Notes: generated by a model from the sequence alone, not told the origin. A stretch of 64,000 nt of DNA from Candidatus Latescibacterota bacterium (GCA_965204725.1 OZ242005.1:2368001-2432000); one strand, 5' to 3'. Positions 46,624 to 56,837 are shown, counted from the stretch's first letter. Numbers and translations are program-made.

Positions 46624-49404
46624 ATGCTAAAACGGTCCGGCTCATGGCGCGTTGCGGGGATACTCTGCGCCCTAGCTCTATCGTCCGCTACCGGATGGAC
46701 GGCCCAAGACTATGGGGCTCGCTTGGGGCACCGAGCCAATGGCACCGTGGTGTATCGCTCTGAGGGGCCCAAGACGCTGTTGGGCCATGTAGAGCCTTTG
46801 GTGCGGAAACGGTATCTGCCCCAAGAGCTGTATCAGGAGTACCAGTGGCAGACTTGGCAGTACACGAACTACGCCGGCAATCCCTACCAGCGCTATGTGG
46901 CGCAAAGCCTGTGGGGCGACTATTTCTACGATGTGTACGGAAATTTTCTGACCCGAGGATGGTTGATCTACGACTGGACCGAAGATCATCCGCGCATCTC
47001 CGAGGGCAGCCGGCTGCTGAAAAGGGGCGCGTACGCCGGTTTCTTTCGCTCATTGATCGTAGCGTCCGACCAGAAAGGTCAATACGCTTTTTCCATTTCC
47101 GTTGGCGACGAGTTGGTCACGACCCTGACGCCCATGACCTTTCGCAAGTCTGTGTACAACGGCGCCCAAGTCGATTTCACGTCGGACGCTGTAGAGCTGA
47201 CAGGTATCTTTTCTCGCATCAGCGCACCCGGCTTCATCACCGATCCGAATCCGGCCTCTTTCAACAACTATACCAACCTAATAGGGGGTCGGACCCGAAT
47301 TCAGCTAGGCGATGCCATAACCTTGGGCGGGGTCTTCGTCAATTCCCACAACGGCCGGGGGACCGTGCAGAGCTTTGAAGGCAATCCCTTCAAAGGGGAA
47401 TTGACCTCGCTACAGTTGCAAAACCAGATCGGTACTATTGTCATCCGGCTGAGCGACGACTCGCCGGCCGACAACATCGGCGGGAGCGTCCTGCTCGCCG
47501 ATAATGTGGAAGTGGCAACGACCATCGGCGACCGCGACACCGTGCTAGTCGGCAATGAGATCGGCTTTACCCCCCAGCGACAGGGGGGCACCATCATAGA
47601 AGGCGTCCGCACGGCCAACGGCACGGAACAGATCACGTTGCGGTACGACTTGAACGACCTAGCCGCGATTCTCGACGACCGCGATGCCATCAACAACATT
47701 CGGGACCTCCGCTTCAGACTGGTCCTAGTCAACGACTACCGAATCGAGATCACTTCCGACCAGCAGACCAATTTTGAAGGACAGCCGGTCTTTTTGCTGA
47801 TGGCCCAAGCCGAAGGCAACATTCGGGATGGATCGAATAAGCGCGAAGTGGTTTTCAACTACGGCTTGCCCACCGCTAATCAGCTAATGGGACTCACGCT
47901 CGAGGCGAGGGATTTGCTGGGATTTGACTTTTACACCGAGTTCGATGTGAACCACCAGTACCGAAAATATCCCAACCGCCGGGTCGAGACGCACGAGGCG
48001 CACTCGGGCCTCGTCGGCGACGAAAACGCCAAAGCTTGGATGATGAATCTGTCCAAATCAGTCTCCTCTTGGACCCTGTTTGCCGAGGGGTTCTACATGG
48101 ACGCGGCTTACAATACCAGCCCCTTCATATCGGACGGCAGCGGCCGCATAGATTACGAAGACGAGACCCGGAGCATCTACGACTTCGTCGACGACAACGA
48201 CGATCAAGACAAGAAGCCCGACCAAAAGCGGCGCTACCAAGATCCGCGGACTGGCGAGGAATTCCGCGCCGCTGGCACCGACCGATCGGCCGAGGGCTTC
48301 GCCGACGAGGCCGTGTTCCCCGGCTGGGACCAGAACAACGATTTCATCTCCGACTTCAACCAAAACAGCAACATCTTCAGCGAGAACCGCTTCCCGGACT
48401 ACGAGGAACCCTTCCTGCGCTATGGTTCAGACCGGCCCGAATACCTCTTCGGTATCGATCTCAACAACAACGGCTGGGTTGACCACTTTGAAAACGACAA
48501 CCTGCCCGATTATCCGTACAAGAAGGATCGCCAGGGCTACAACCTGTACCTGCACAATCAGGTAACTCCGCACCTGCAATTCACCGCTGGGCAGGCCCGC
48601 GAGCAACTCCTGTCGGACGACCGCCAAAATCTGACCACGTACGCCTTGGTGAGCTTTGAAAAGGAGTACGCCCGCATCGGGCGGGTGCGCCTCTTCGACC
48701 TATTCAAAAAGGCGGCCGACGACATTCAGGACGATCTCGTTCAATGGGTGCAAACTCCCGGGCTGCCCGGAGCACACCAAGCCATCGACGATCCCCTCTT
48801 CGCCCAAGACACCTATATCAATACTTTTTGGCTGGGCTTGGACCGCCAGACCAATCTCGGGGTCAATTTTTCCAATAAATTCAAGTACGAGACCGTGCGG
48901 CAACGGGAGAGGGAGCAAGGCAACACCCTAGATTTCAAAGACGATACGCGCTTTCTTGGGATTATTAACAAGGCCGACTATCTGTTCCAGTACAAAACTC
49001 TGACGGTGCGCCCCAAGATCAAGAGCGAATTTCTCAAGGACAATACTCCTTATTCTATGGGGGGGGTGCGCCCGGAGCGAGACCAATGGACTGGTTTGCT
49101 CTTTCTGACCTTCAAATTCCCCCTGCTGCGGCGCACGACCCTAGAGACGGGCATCGAACAACTCTTCTTCCGGGATTCGGTGGTTGATGAGGGCGATTTA
49201 GCAGCGGGTGAATTCACCGAGGATTTCAATAGCACGGTCTTGGCTATGCAGCTTTCAAACCGGGGGGAGTACCTAGGCTATGTGCTCACGGCCCAACTCG
49301 GCTATAGCATCCGTAGAATCAGTCGAGAGCGCGTCGAAACAGACGACCGCTCGCAGATGGATAGTACCGTGTTTATGACGATGTACGCCAGCCTAAAAGA
49401 GTGA
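46624..49404 (+). CDS. large secreted putative outer-membrane beta-barrel protein, paralogue B (926 aa)
   Basis: Colinear with paralogue A (RYLPQELY, RGWLIYDW, TTLTPMTF, FPGWDQNNDFISDFNQN, PEYLFGIDLNNNGW); AGGAGG RBS. Confidence 0.7.
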   Translation: MLKRSGSWRVAGILCALALSSATGWTAQDYGARLGHRANGTVVYRSEGPKTLLGHVEPLVRKRYLPQELYQEYQWQTWQYTNYAGNPYQRYVAQSLWGDYFYDVYGNFLTRGWLIYDWTEDHPRISEGSRLLKRGAYAGFFRSLIVASDQKGQYAFSISVGDELVTTLTPMTFRKSVYNGAQVDFTSDAVELTGIFSRISAPGFITDPNPASFNNYTNLIGGRTRIQLGDAITLGGVFVNSHNGRGTVQSFEGNPFKGELTSLQLQNQIGTIVIRLSDDSPADNIGGSVLLADNVEVATTIGDRDTVLVGNEIGFTPQRQGGTIIEGVRTANGTEQITLRYDLNDLAAILDDRDAINNIRDLRFRLVLVNDYRIEITSDQQTNFEGQPVFLLMAQAEGNIRDGSNKREVVFNYGLPTANQLMGLTLEARDLLGFDFYTEFDVNHQYRKYPNRRVETHEAHSGLVGDENAKAWMMNLSKSVSSWTLFAEGFYMDAAYNTSPFISDGSGRIDYEDETRSIYDFVDDNDDQDKKPDQKRRYQDPRTGEEFRAAGTDRSAEGFADEAVFPGWDQNNDFISDFNQNSNIFSENRFPDYEEPFLRYGSDRPEYLFGIDLNNNGWVDHFENDNLPDYPYKKDRQGYNLYLHNQVTPHLQFTAGQAREQLLSDDRQNLTTYALVSFEKEYARIGRVRLFDLFKKAADDIQDDLVQWVQTPGLPGAHQAIDDPLFAQDTYINTFWLGLDRQTNLGVNFSNKFKYETVRQREREQGNTLDFKDDTRFLGIINKADYLFQYKTLTVRPKIKSEFLKDNTPYSMGGVRPERDQWTGLLFLTFKFPLLRRTTLETGIEQLFFRDSVVDEGDLAAGEFTEDFNSTVLAMQLSNRGEYLGYVLTAQLGYSIRRISRERVETDDRSQMDSTVFMTMYASLKE

Positions 49405-49417
49405 TGCCGGGCGGCAA

Positions 49418-51406
49418 TTACCAGTCGTGTACATTGTGGCCCTGTAGGGGAAACCATATTACATCCACTACGCCCGAGAGTACGACGCCGAGTACATAGC
49501 CCACGCCTAAGCCGTAGAAAAAGGGCTTGCCTTTGCGGTACGCTCTAACCCCGCCGTAGCGCAGCAGTAGCAGCTTAGCTATCCAGACCAAAAACAGGCT
49601 GAACCAATAGATGGAGGTGCCCGAGGTGTGCTGAAAGGCTAGCCCAATGGGATGGAGCGAGAACCAGTGAAAGCGGGCCCGCAACAGCGCGATGCCCCCC
49701 GCCTCAAAAAAGCCCCACCCCCAGACGCCCCACTTGCCCGGATCCCCGACTTTGGGATTTTGGAGCAGATGCACGGTTTCGTCTAAGAGGCCGGTCGCAC
49801 CCATGAGAAAAACAGCCCCTCCTTTGTCGTATGCCATTTCGAGGCTGGCCCACACAGCGGTTAGAAAACCTGTTGCAAAGGCGACCAGCACAGTAGCGGT
49901 CACCAGCCACGGCTGATCCCGCAACGAGAAAATGCGCAGATGGTGCGGGATGGCAGGCCAAGCAGGTAGGCGGATATTGCCGAAAAAGGCATGGCCGGTG
50001 AACATCTTGAAGGCGACCAAATCCTGCGGCGACAGCCGAGCCGAGCCCACCAAATCGACGATGAAGGAACTCCCCTTGGCATTGGGCCAACTGGGCATGA
50101 GGTAGGGGAAACCCGTGGCCGCAATGAGCTTGATGGTGACGAAAAAGGTCGCGACCATCAGGACAAAGGCACCGATGGCCAGCGGTAAACTCGCCCCCAA
50201 GTTGCAAGCCCACGCGATGACGTAGAAGGCCGCTAGGATCAGACCGGCCACGGCCAAGCGGTAGATCCCGACTTGACGCCGATCCCCTTCCCCGGTGCGC
50301 ACCTGTTGCCACACTTCTCGCAAGTGTCGGCGGGCCAAATACACGGACCAGCAGGCCACAAAGACGATGGCCCCCAAGCTCTCCAGCGAGAGAATCGCCT
50401 GCGGCGCCAAAGGCTGGCCCTCCGCCCCAACGACGAGTCCCACCCGGTCCATCAGCCCTATTTTGGCCGTAGCCAGCAGGGCAAAGACCACTAGGCTGCC
50501 GAGAATATCCAGCGGGCACAGATACGTCAAAGCCATGACTAGGGGCAGAACGCGGATGGTTAGACCCGGGAAGGGCTGGGGCAATTCAAGATGGAAGCGC
50601 TTGGTATAGAGTTCAAACAGCGGCAAGCCCGGGGTGAAGTATGCGCCGATGTTGTAGAGTAAGGGCAGCAGGACCACGCCGCAGCCGATCCAGAACAGAC
50701 CCGAGCGGAAGAGGTCGGGCACCCGTCGGGGGCCGTCGAAGCCCCGCGTTAGATCGAGGGGCATCTGCGCCAGCGGGAAGGTGAGTTTTTCGGCTTCCAC
50801 CCACTGGCGCTGAAACAGCACCACCAAGCAAAAGCCGAATACCACCATGCCCAGCGAGGCCCCCATCCACTGGATAATCGCCCCGATCCAGCCATCCCAC
50901 GGCACGGCCGCTCCTTGAGGCAGCCCCATCCAGAAGGCATCTAGCACCCGAGGAGAGGAGTCGGGAAAAACGCGCCAAGGCAAATAGGGAAAGAGCAGGT
51001 CCGACCACTGGTTTTCGGGGGTGGCCAAGTAGAAGGGCGCGCCGATAAGGGCGATCCAGTAGTCGCTCCAGCCCCATTGCGGCAGGACGCCCACTACCCA
51101 GAGCATGGTGAAAATGGTCAGCAGTTCCCCTTGGTTTAGGGCCTGCCGGGGCCACAAGTGTCCGCAGGCGGCGTTGAGAAAAAGCCACAGCACGAAGGGC
51201 ATAAAGGCCACCATGGGGAACTGCGAGCGGACATAGCTCCCCGACCCCGAGGCCTGCCCGACCTCGAGGATGAGGTAGTAGAATACAGCGACAATGGTCA
51301 GCCCCCCCAGAATCAGGGCGCGCCAAGTGATCCGCGGGGACTTGGGGTCCTCTAATGAACGGATGGTACGCCCCTCCCCATTTTCTGTTGGTCGCGTGTA
51401 GAGCAT
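49418..51406 (-). CDS. DUF6785/DUF6784-like polytopic membrane protein, paralogue 2
   Basis: ELLTIF, YLATPENQW, RQWVEAEKLTFPLAQMPL, FSLHPIG, RYGG..PFFYGL. Start uncertain. Confidence 0.8.
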   Translation of the reverse strand: MLYTRPTENGEGRTIRSLEDPKSPRITWRALILGGLTIVAVFYYLILEVGQASGSGSYVRSQFPMVAFMPFVLWLFLNAACGHLWPRQALNQGELLTIFTMLWVVGVLPQWGWSDYWIALIGAPFYLATPENQWSDLLFPYLPWRVFPDSSPRVLDAFWMGLPQGAAVPWDGWIGAIIQWMGASLGMVVFGFCLVVLFQRQWVEAEKLTFPLAQMPLDLTRGFDGPRRVPDLFRSGLFWIGCGVVLLPLLYNIGAYFTPGLPLFELYTKRFHLELPQPFPGLTIRVLPLVMALTYLCPLDILGSLVVFALLATAKIGLMDRVGLVVGAEGQPLAPQAILSLESLGAIVFVACWSVYLARRHLREVWQQVRTGEGDRRQVGIYRLAVAGLILAAFYVIAWACNLGASLPLAIGAFVLMVATFFVTIKLIAATGFPYLMPSWPNAKGSSFIVDLVGSARLSPQDLVAFKMFTGHAFFGNIRLPAWPAIPHHLRIFSLRDQPWLVTATVLVAFATGFLTAVWASLEMAYDKGGAVFLMGATGLLDETVHLLQNPKVGDPGKWGVWGWGFFEAGGIALLRARFHWFSLHPIGLAFQHTSGTSIYWFSLFLVWIAKLLLLRYGGVRAYRKGKPFFYGLGVGYVLGVVLSGVVDVIWFPLQGHNVHDW

Positions 51407-51448
51407 CCTGCGCAAAAAACCCTTCGCCCCCGACTAAAGGCAGCTTCT

Positions 51449-51838
51449 TTATGGGGTGTGGTCGCTTGCGGCAGGAGCTTGGTAGGCGGTGTATTTGAGG
51501 TTTTTGCCCTTGGCCTTTTCCACCGGATAGCGCTGGGCCGAAATGGCCAACTTCTCCTCCAGCATCTGCGCGGCGTCCAAGCCGAAGCGGTCGCACATAA
51601 GCAGGATAAAGTACAAGGCATCGGCCAACTCGTGGCCAACAGCCCGACGGAAGGATTCGTCGGCTAGGCACTCGGCGATCTCTTGGTCCGAGCGGAAGCG
51701 GAAGTGCTCCAAGACTTCGGCCGCTTCGGTCGAAAGACCAATGGCCAAGTCCTTGGGGGTGTGGAATTGCGCCCAGTCGCGCTCGTGGACGAAGCGGCGG
51801 GCTTGGTCGGTGAGTTGGGTCAGCGTCGCGTCGCTCAT
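51449..51838 (-). CDS. MazG-like nucleotide pyrophosphohydrolase (dCTPase type)
   Basis: ERDWAQFHTPKDLA...EAAEVLE...ELAD...RYPVEKAKG. Confidence 0.9.
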   Translation of the reverse strand: MSDATLTQLTDQARRFVHERDWAQFHTPKDLAIGLSTEAAEVLEHFRFRSDQEIAECLADESFRRAVGHELADALYFILLMCDRFGLDAAQMLEEKLAISAQRYPVEKAKGKNLKYTAYQAPAASDHTP

Positions 51839-52968
51839 GGGGCCAAGTCTCGCGCCAGCCGCACCCCGACGTGGCTAAAGCGCCGCTCGGGCGCGTTCCA
51901 GCAACGCTGGGCCGAGCGAGAAAGCCAAGCCGCGTCTTGGAAGCTGCCGCCGCGAAACACCCGGGCGGTGCCCTCAAGCGGCCCTTGGGGATCGGTCTGC
52001 GGCCCCTCTGGGTAAGCCCCCAGCCAGTCGCCGACCCATTCCCACACATTGCCGTGCATATCGTACAGCCCCCAAGGGTTGGGTGCTTTTAAGCCCACCG
52101 GCTGCGCGGCTAGCCGCCCATGGTCCGCCCACCAAGCGTGGCGGTCCAAGTCCTTGGGGGCCTTGCCAAACGACCACGGCGTCTCCGTGCCCGCCCGCCC
52201 CGCGTACTCCCACTCGGCCTCGGTGGGCAGCCGGTACACCTCGGCACCGGCAGCGGCGTTGAGGCCGGCGATGAATTCTTGCGCGTCTTCCCAAGAGATG
52301 TACACCGCCGGGCGGTCGAAGCCCTCCTCCACCTCGTCGTCGCGACCGCGCCACGGGCGTTCTCCGGTCACCGCCTCCCACTGGCGCTGGGTGATCTCGC
52401 ACTGGCTTAGATAGAACCCCCGAGTCAGGCGAACCGCATGCTGCGGGCCTTCGTCGTCGTTGCGGCCCGGCTCATCCCCCGGCGAACCCATGGTAAAGAC
52501 GCCCGGCTCAATCCACACCATATCCAGCGACGCGCCCGGGGCCAACTCTACGGTAAGCTGGGGCTGCGAGTGGGAAGGCAACGGCTCCACGACGAGGGTA
52601 AGACCGAGGGGCACAGACTGCCCCGCGACCAAATTTAGCCGCGCCGAGCCGCGGGTCACCGCAGCACCGGCCGCATCGTAGCCAGCCACAGTAAACAGCC
52701 TAGCAGTACCCGCCGGAATCTCGGCGACTGTCCCGACGATGCGATCCTCAGCCACGGCCAAGGGCTGGCGCATGGCTGGCATATCGGCCGCTGTGACCAC
52801 GACCTCGGCTTGGGCGAGCCGAGCGGCCACTTGAGCATCCACCTTAGCGGTCACAACCACGACTGCGCCGGTCTCCTCAGCCCCTGTGGGGGCCGAGTGC
52901 CAATCTCCACAAGCGAGCAGCCCCGGCAGGGCCGCTACCAGAGAGCCTATTTTCAAGCAGGGGTGCAT
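51835..52968 (-). CDS. lipoprotein with FGE-sulfatase (SUMF1) domain
   Basis: Lipobox LLAC; FTMGS, YRLPTEAEWEYA, NPWGLYDMHGNVWEW, RGGSF. Confidence 0.88.
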   Translation of the reverse strand: MHPCLKIGSLVAALPGLLACGDWHSAPTGAEETGAVVVVTAKVDAQVAARLAQAEVVVTAADMPAMRQPLAVAEDRIVGTVAEIPAGTARLFTVAGYDAAGAAVTRGSARLNLVAGQSVPLGLTLVVEPLPSHSQPQLTVELAPGASLDMVWIEPGVFTMGSPGDEPGRNDDEGPQHAVRLTRGFYLSQCEITQRQWEAVTGERPWRGRDDEVEEGFDRPAVYISWEDAQEFIAGLNAAAGAEVYRLPTEAEWEYAGRAGTETPWSFGKAPKDLDRHAWWADHGRLAAQPVGLKAPNPWGLYDMHGNVWEWVGDWLGAYPEGPQTDPQGPLEGTARVFRGGSFQDAAWLSRSAQRCWNAPERRFSHVGVRLARDLAP

Positions 52969-53010
52969 GGTTATATTGTAAGGCAAGGTCCGCTCGCCGC
53001 AACACGCCCA

Positions 53011-54813
53011 ATGCCCACTCCTCCCACCTCCTCCCCACCTGAACGCCGCACTTGGCTCGCGCCGGCCCTCCTACTGGTGGGGCTAACCGCCGGGGCCTAT
53101 ATCCCGGCCATGAACGGCGGTTTTATCTGGGATGACGACGACTACGTCCAAGACAACCTCACCCTGCGCTCGCTAGCGGGGCTTGGGCAGATTTGGTTCC
53201 AGCCGGGGGCCACGCGCCAATACTATCCGCTGGTCCATACCACCTATTGGCTCGAATACCGTCTGTGGGGATTGGACCCGACCGGCTACCACGTGGTCAA
53301 TGTAATCATGCACGCCCTCAGCGCCGTTTTGGTCTGGCGGCTCTTAATCCGCCTATCAGTGCCCGGTGCTTGGGCCGCAGCCGCCTTGTTTGCCCTGCAC
53401 CCCGTCCACGTCGAGTCGGTGGCTTGGATTACCGAGCGCAAGAACGTGTTGTCCGGCGCGTTCTATCTGAGCGCGGCATGGGCCTATCTGCGCTATGAAG
53501 AAGCGCGCCGGCCGCGCTGGTACTGGGCCGCTTTGTTCCTCTTTGCCGCGTCCCTGCTCAGCAAGACCGTCACCTGCACCCTGCCAGCCGCCTTGTTGCT
53601 GGTGCTGTGGTGGAAGGGCCAAACGCCAATGAGACGCACGACCGTAGCGCTCGTGCCTTTTTTTATTTTAGGGGGGGCCATGAGCGGCGTGACGGTGTGG
53701 ATGGAGCGGCACAGCGTTGGGGCTTGGGGGCCAGCATGGGACTTGTCGCTGGTGGAGCGCGGCCTGATCGCCGGGCGGGCGTTGTGGTTTTACGCGGCCA
53801 AGCTCCTCGTGCCGCTCGACCTTGCGTTTATCTACCCTCGCTGGAAAATCGATGCAACCGCGGCTTGGCAGTATCTCTATCCAGCCGGTGCCTTGGGCGT
53901 CGGGGGGCTGCTGTGGGCCTTTAGGAAGCACTGGGGGCGAGGAGCGCTGACCGGCGCGTTGTTTTTTGCCGGCACCCTAACGCCGGCGCTCGGTTTTTTT
54001 AACTTCTACCCCATGCTCTACTCCTTTGTCGCCGACCACTTCCAATACTTGGCCAGTCTGGGGCTTTTGACCCTAGCCGCGGCCGGGGGGCACCGCACAT
54101 GGATGCGGCTGGGGCAGCCAGCGACCGGACCAGCCGCCCTAGCATTGGTCTTGGCCCTTTGCAGTCTGCTCACTTGGCGGCAAGGGGGGGTCTATGCCGA
54201 TTTGGAGACCTTGTGGCGCGATACGCTGAAAAAAAATGCCGGCGCGTGGATCGCCCACAACAATCTGGCCAATATCCTCAAAGAGCGCGGTCAACTCGAC
54301 CAAGCCATCGGCCACTACCGCCACGCCCTCCTACTAAAGCCCGGCAACGGCCAAATTCACCTCAACCTCGCCGACGCGCACCAAGCCCGGGACGAGGCCG
54401 CGGCGGCCATGCGTCACTACGGCCGCGCCTTAAAAGCCGAGCCGAATCGCGTCGAAATCTACCTCAAGCTGGGCAACGCCCTCCTCGGGCAAAACGCGGT
54501 CGCCGAGGCCATCGACCACTACCGACGCGCCCTCCAACTGGCCCCGGATCTCGCCTTGGTCCACAGCAATCTGGGCGCGGCCCTAGCACTGCAACGACGG
54601 GACGCCGAAGCCATGGACCACTACCGACGCGCCCTCCAACTCGAACCCGACTTGGCCGAGGCCCACAACAACTTGGGGCGGCTCTTAGCCCTTCGGGGGC
54701 AGTTCTCCGAAGCCATCGATCACTACCGACGCGCCCTCCAACTCAAACCCACCTACCGCCAAGCCCGTGCCAATCTCGCCCAAGCCCTGCAAGCGGTGGG
54801 ACAACCTCCGTAA
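53011..54813 (+). CDS. TMTC-like GT-C glycosyltransferase with TPRs
   Basis: GFIWDDDDYV, YYPL, FALHPVHVESVAWITERKNVLS, ADHFQYL, LWRDTL, then five TPRs. Confidence 0.87.
   Translation: MPTPPTSSPPERRTWLAPALLLVGLTAGAYIPAMNGGFIWDDDDYVQDNLTLRSLAGLGQIWFQPGATRQYYPLVHTTYWLEYRLWGLDPTGYHVVNVIMHALSAVLVWRLLIRLSVPGAWAAAALFALHPVHVESVAWITERKNVLSGAFYLSAAWAYLRYEEARRPRWYWAALFLFAASLLSKTVTCTLPAALLLVLWWKGQTPMRRTTVALVPFFILGGAMSGVTVWMERHSVGAWGPAWDLSLVERGLIAGRALWFYAAKLLVPLDLAFIYPRWKIDATAAWQYLYPAGALGVGGLLWAFRKHWGRGALTGALFFAGTLTPALGFFNFYPMLYSFVADHFQYLASLGLLTLAAAGGHRTWMRLGQPATGPAALALVLALCSLLTWRQGGVYADLETLWRDTLKKNAGAWIAHNNLANILKERGQLDQAIGHYRHALLLKPGNGQIHLNLADAHQARDEAAAAMRHYGRALKAEPNRVEIYLKLGNALLGQNAVAEAIDHYRRALQLAPDLALVHSNLGAALALQRRDAEAMDHYRRALQLEPDLAEAHNNLGRLLALRGQFSEAIDHYRRALQLKPTYRQARANLAQALQAVGQPP
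54304..54744 (+). repeat. 102-bp periodic TPR-coding repeat
   Basis: GCCAT.G.CCACTACCG.C.CGCCCTC-like units start at 54304, 54406, 54508, 54610 and 54712. Confidence 0.85.
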
Positions 54814-54896
54814 TCGGCCCGGCATTTGGCATCTAGCGCGAGAACTTAGTAGCCTATCCGCAGCAATCGTCCTGCATCCCCTACCCGGCAACTCGC

Positions 54897-56837
54897 ATGG
54901 CGCATCCGCAACCTTCCCTTGCTCCCCACGTGACCGGGCGCGGCATCTTCATCGGCTGCGTCCTGTGCGCCGTTATTGCCATTGGCGCACCCTACGGGCG
55001 TCAGCTCATCCAAGGCACTTCGCTGGCCCTGACTTCGGCGACCCCGAGCGCGTTTTTTCTGTTTCTCGTCCTGCTGTTGACCCTGCATCTGATCTTGGGC
55101 TGGTGTCGCCGCGACTGGGCCCTCCAGCGGGGCGAGCTGATTACCATTTTCACCATGATGATGGTGGCTTCGGCCATTCCCACCAAAGGCGTTAATGGCC
55201 TGCTCATGCCCATGATTACGGGCACCTTCTACTACGCCACCCCAGAAAACGATTGGGCCAGTCAAATCCATCCGTGGCTGCCGCGCTGGATCTTGGTAGC
55301 CAACCCCGAAGCGGTTAAGGAATTTTACGAAGGGGCCAGCCGCGGCCGCGGCATCCCTTGGGCGCATTGGTTGCCTCCGTTGGGGGCTTGGCTGTTGCTC
55401 TACTGCTCCTTGTATCTAGCCGCGACCTGCCTCAGCGTCATTTTGCGCCGCCAATGGGTCGAGCACGAGCGCCTGATCTACCCGCTCATGCAGGTGCCGC
55501 TGGCCATGATGGCCGACGATCCGCAAGGCCGGCTGGTAAAGCCCTTTTTCCGCAACTGGACCATGTGGATCGGCTTTGCCATCCCCGTGGTTTTTATGAG
55601 TTTTTTCGCGCTGCACAACTACTTTCCCTACTTCCCCCAAGTCGTCCTCAACACCTCCATCGACGTGTTTCGCCAAAGTATTTTCCTGACCTTTGGGCTC
55701 AATTTTCTCATGCTGGGCTTTGGTTATTTCATTAATACTCAGATCGGCTTCAGCTTGTGGTTTTTTTATTTGCTGCACCAACTACAAGAAGGGCTGCTGT
55801 TTTACTACGGCTTGCAAGACACGCAAGCCGAATTGGGCTGGTGGACCGAACCGGGCATGGGACACCAGATGATGGGGGCCCTCATCGTCTTGGTCCTCTC
55901 CGGGCTGTGGATCGGCCGGCCCCATTTCAAACGGGTCCTGCACAAGGCTTGGCGGCGGGACGCCCCGGTAGAAGACAGCGACGAGATCATGTCCTATCGG
56001 GCCGCTGTTTGCGGCGCAGCTTGTGGCATTGCCGGCCTCTGGCTCTGGCTCTGGCAGACCGGCATTCCCGCTTGGATCGTCCCGGTGTTCCTCTTTGCTG
56101 GGTTGGTAATTTTCATCGGCCTCGCCCGGGTCATTTCCGAGACCGGGCTACCCATCTTCAAAGCCAATATGATCCCGGCGGGCTTTGCCGTGTCCAGCGT
56201 AGGCGTGTCGGCTTTGGGCGCAAAGGGCATGGTCGCCACCGGCTATACTATGGTGTGGTGCGGCGACCTGTTGGTTTTTATGATGGCCCCCTTGGCCCAC
56301 GGCCTGCGCCTCGGCAGCGAGTTAAAAAGCGGCCAGCGCCGCCTGACGTGGGCCGTGGGCTTGGCCATGATCATCGCCTTAGTCCTGTCGGCGTGGTTCA
56401 CCCTGTACCTCGCTTACCGCTACGGCTCGATGAACCTGCTCATCTCCCAGCACTACGCGGCCGAGCCGTCCCGCTTTGCCCTCGAAAAAATCATCAATCC
56501 CACCGGTCCCAGCCTGAGCGGGTACTTGTGGATGACCGGGGGCGGCCTGATTATGGGGGGGCTGCTTGTGGCGCGGCATCACTTTTTGTGGTGGCCGTTC
56601 CATCCCCTCGGCTTCTTGGTCAGCCACGGCCGGGTCATGGACGGGATTTGGTTCACCCTTTTTTTAGCTTGGCTCCTCAAGAGCTTGGTGCTCAAGTACG
56701 GGGGCGTGCGTTTGTACCGCCAGACCCTGCCGTTTTTCTTGGGCCTTGCCTTGGGCCACATAGCCATCGGCGGCATCTGGCTGGTCATCGACGGCTTTAC
56801 CGGCATGGTAGGCAACCGCATCCCCCTCTATTACTAA
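54897..56837 (+). CDS. DUF6785/DUF6784-like polytopic membrane protein, paralogue 3
   Basis: ELITIF, YYATPENDW, RRQWVEHERLIYPLMQVPL, WWPFHPLGF, KYGG..PFFLGL. Confidence 0.8.
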   Translation: MAHPQPSLAPHVTGRGIFIGCVLCAVIAIGAPYGRQLIQGTSLALTSATPSAFFLFLVLLLTLHLILGWCRRDWALQRGELITIFTMMMVASAIPTKGVNGLLMPMITGTFYYATPENDWASQIHPWLPRWILVANPEAVKEFYEGASRGRGIPWAHWLPPLGAWLLLYCSLYLAATCLSVILRRQWVEHERLIYPLMQVPLAMMADDPQGRLVKPFFRNWTMWIGFAIPVVFMSFFALHNYFPYFPQVVLNTSIDVFRQSIFLTFGLNFLMLGFGYFINTQIGFSLWFFYLLHQLQEGLLFYYGLQDTQAELGWWTEPGMGHQMMGALIVLVLSGLWIGRPHFKRVLHKAWRRDAPVEDSDEIMSYRAAVCGAACGIAGLWLWLWQTGIPAWIVPVFLFAGLVIFIGLARVISETGLPIFKANMIPAGFAVSSVGVSALGAKGMVATGYTMVWCGDLLVFMMAPLAHGLRLGSELKSGQRRLTWAVGLAMIIALVLSAWFTLYLAYRYGSMNLLISQHYAAEPSRFALEKIINPTGPSLSGYLWMTGGGLIMGGLLVARHHFLWWPFHPLGFLVSHGRVMDGIWFTLFLAWLLKSLVLKYGGVRLYRQTLPFFLGLALGHIAIGGIWLVIDGFTGMVGNRIPLYY

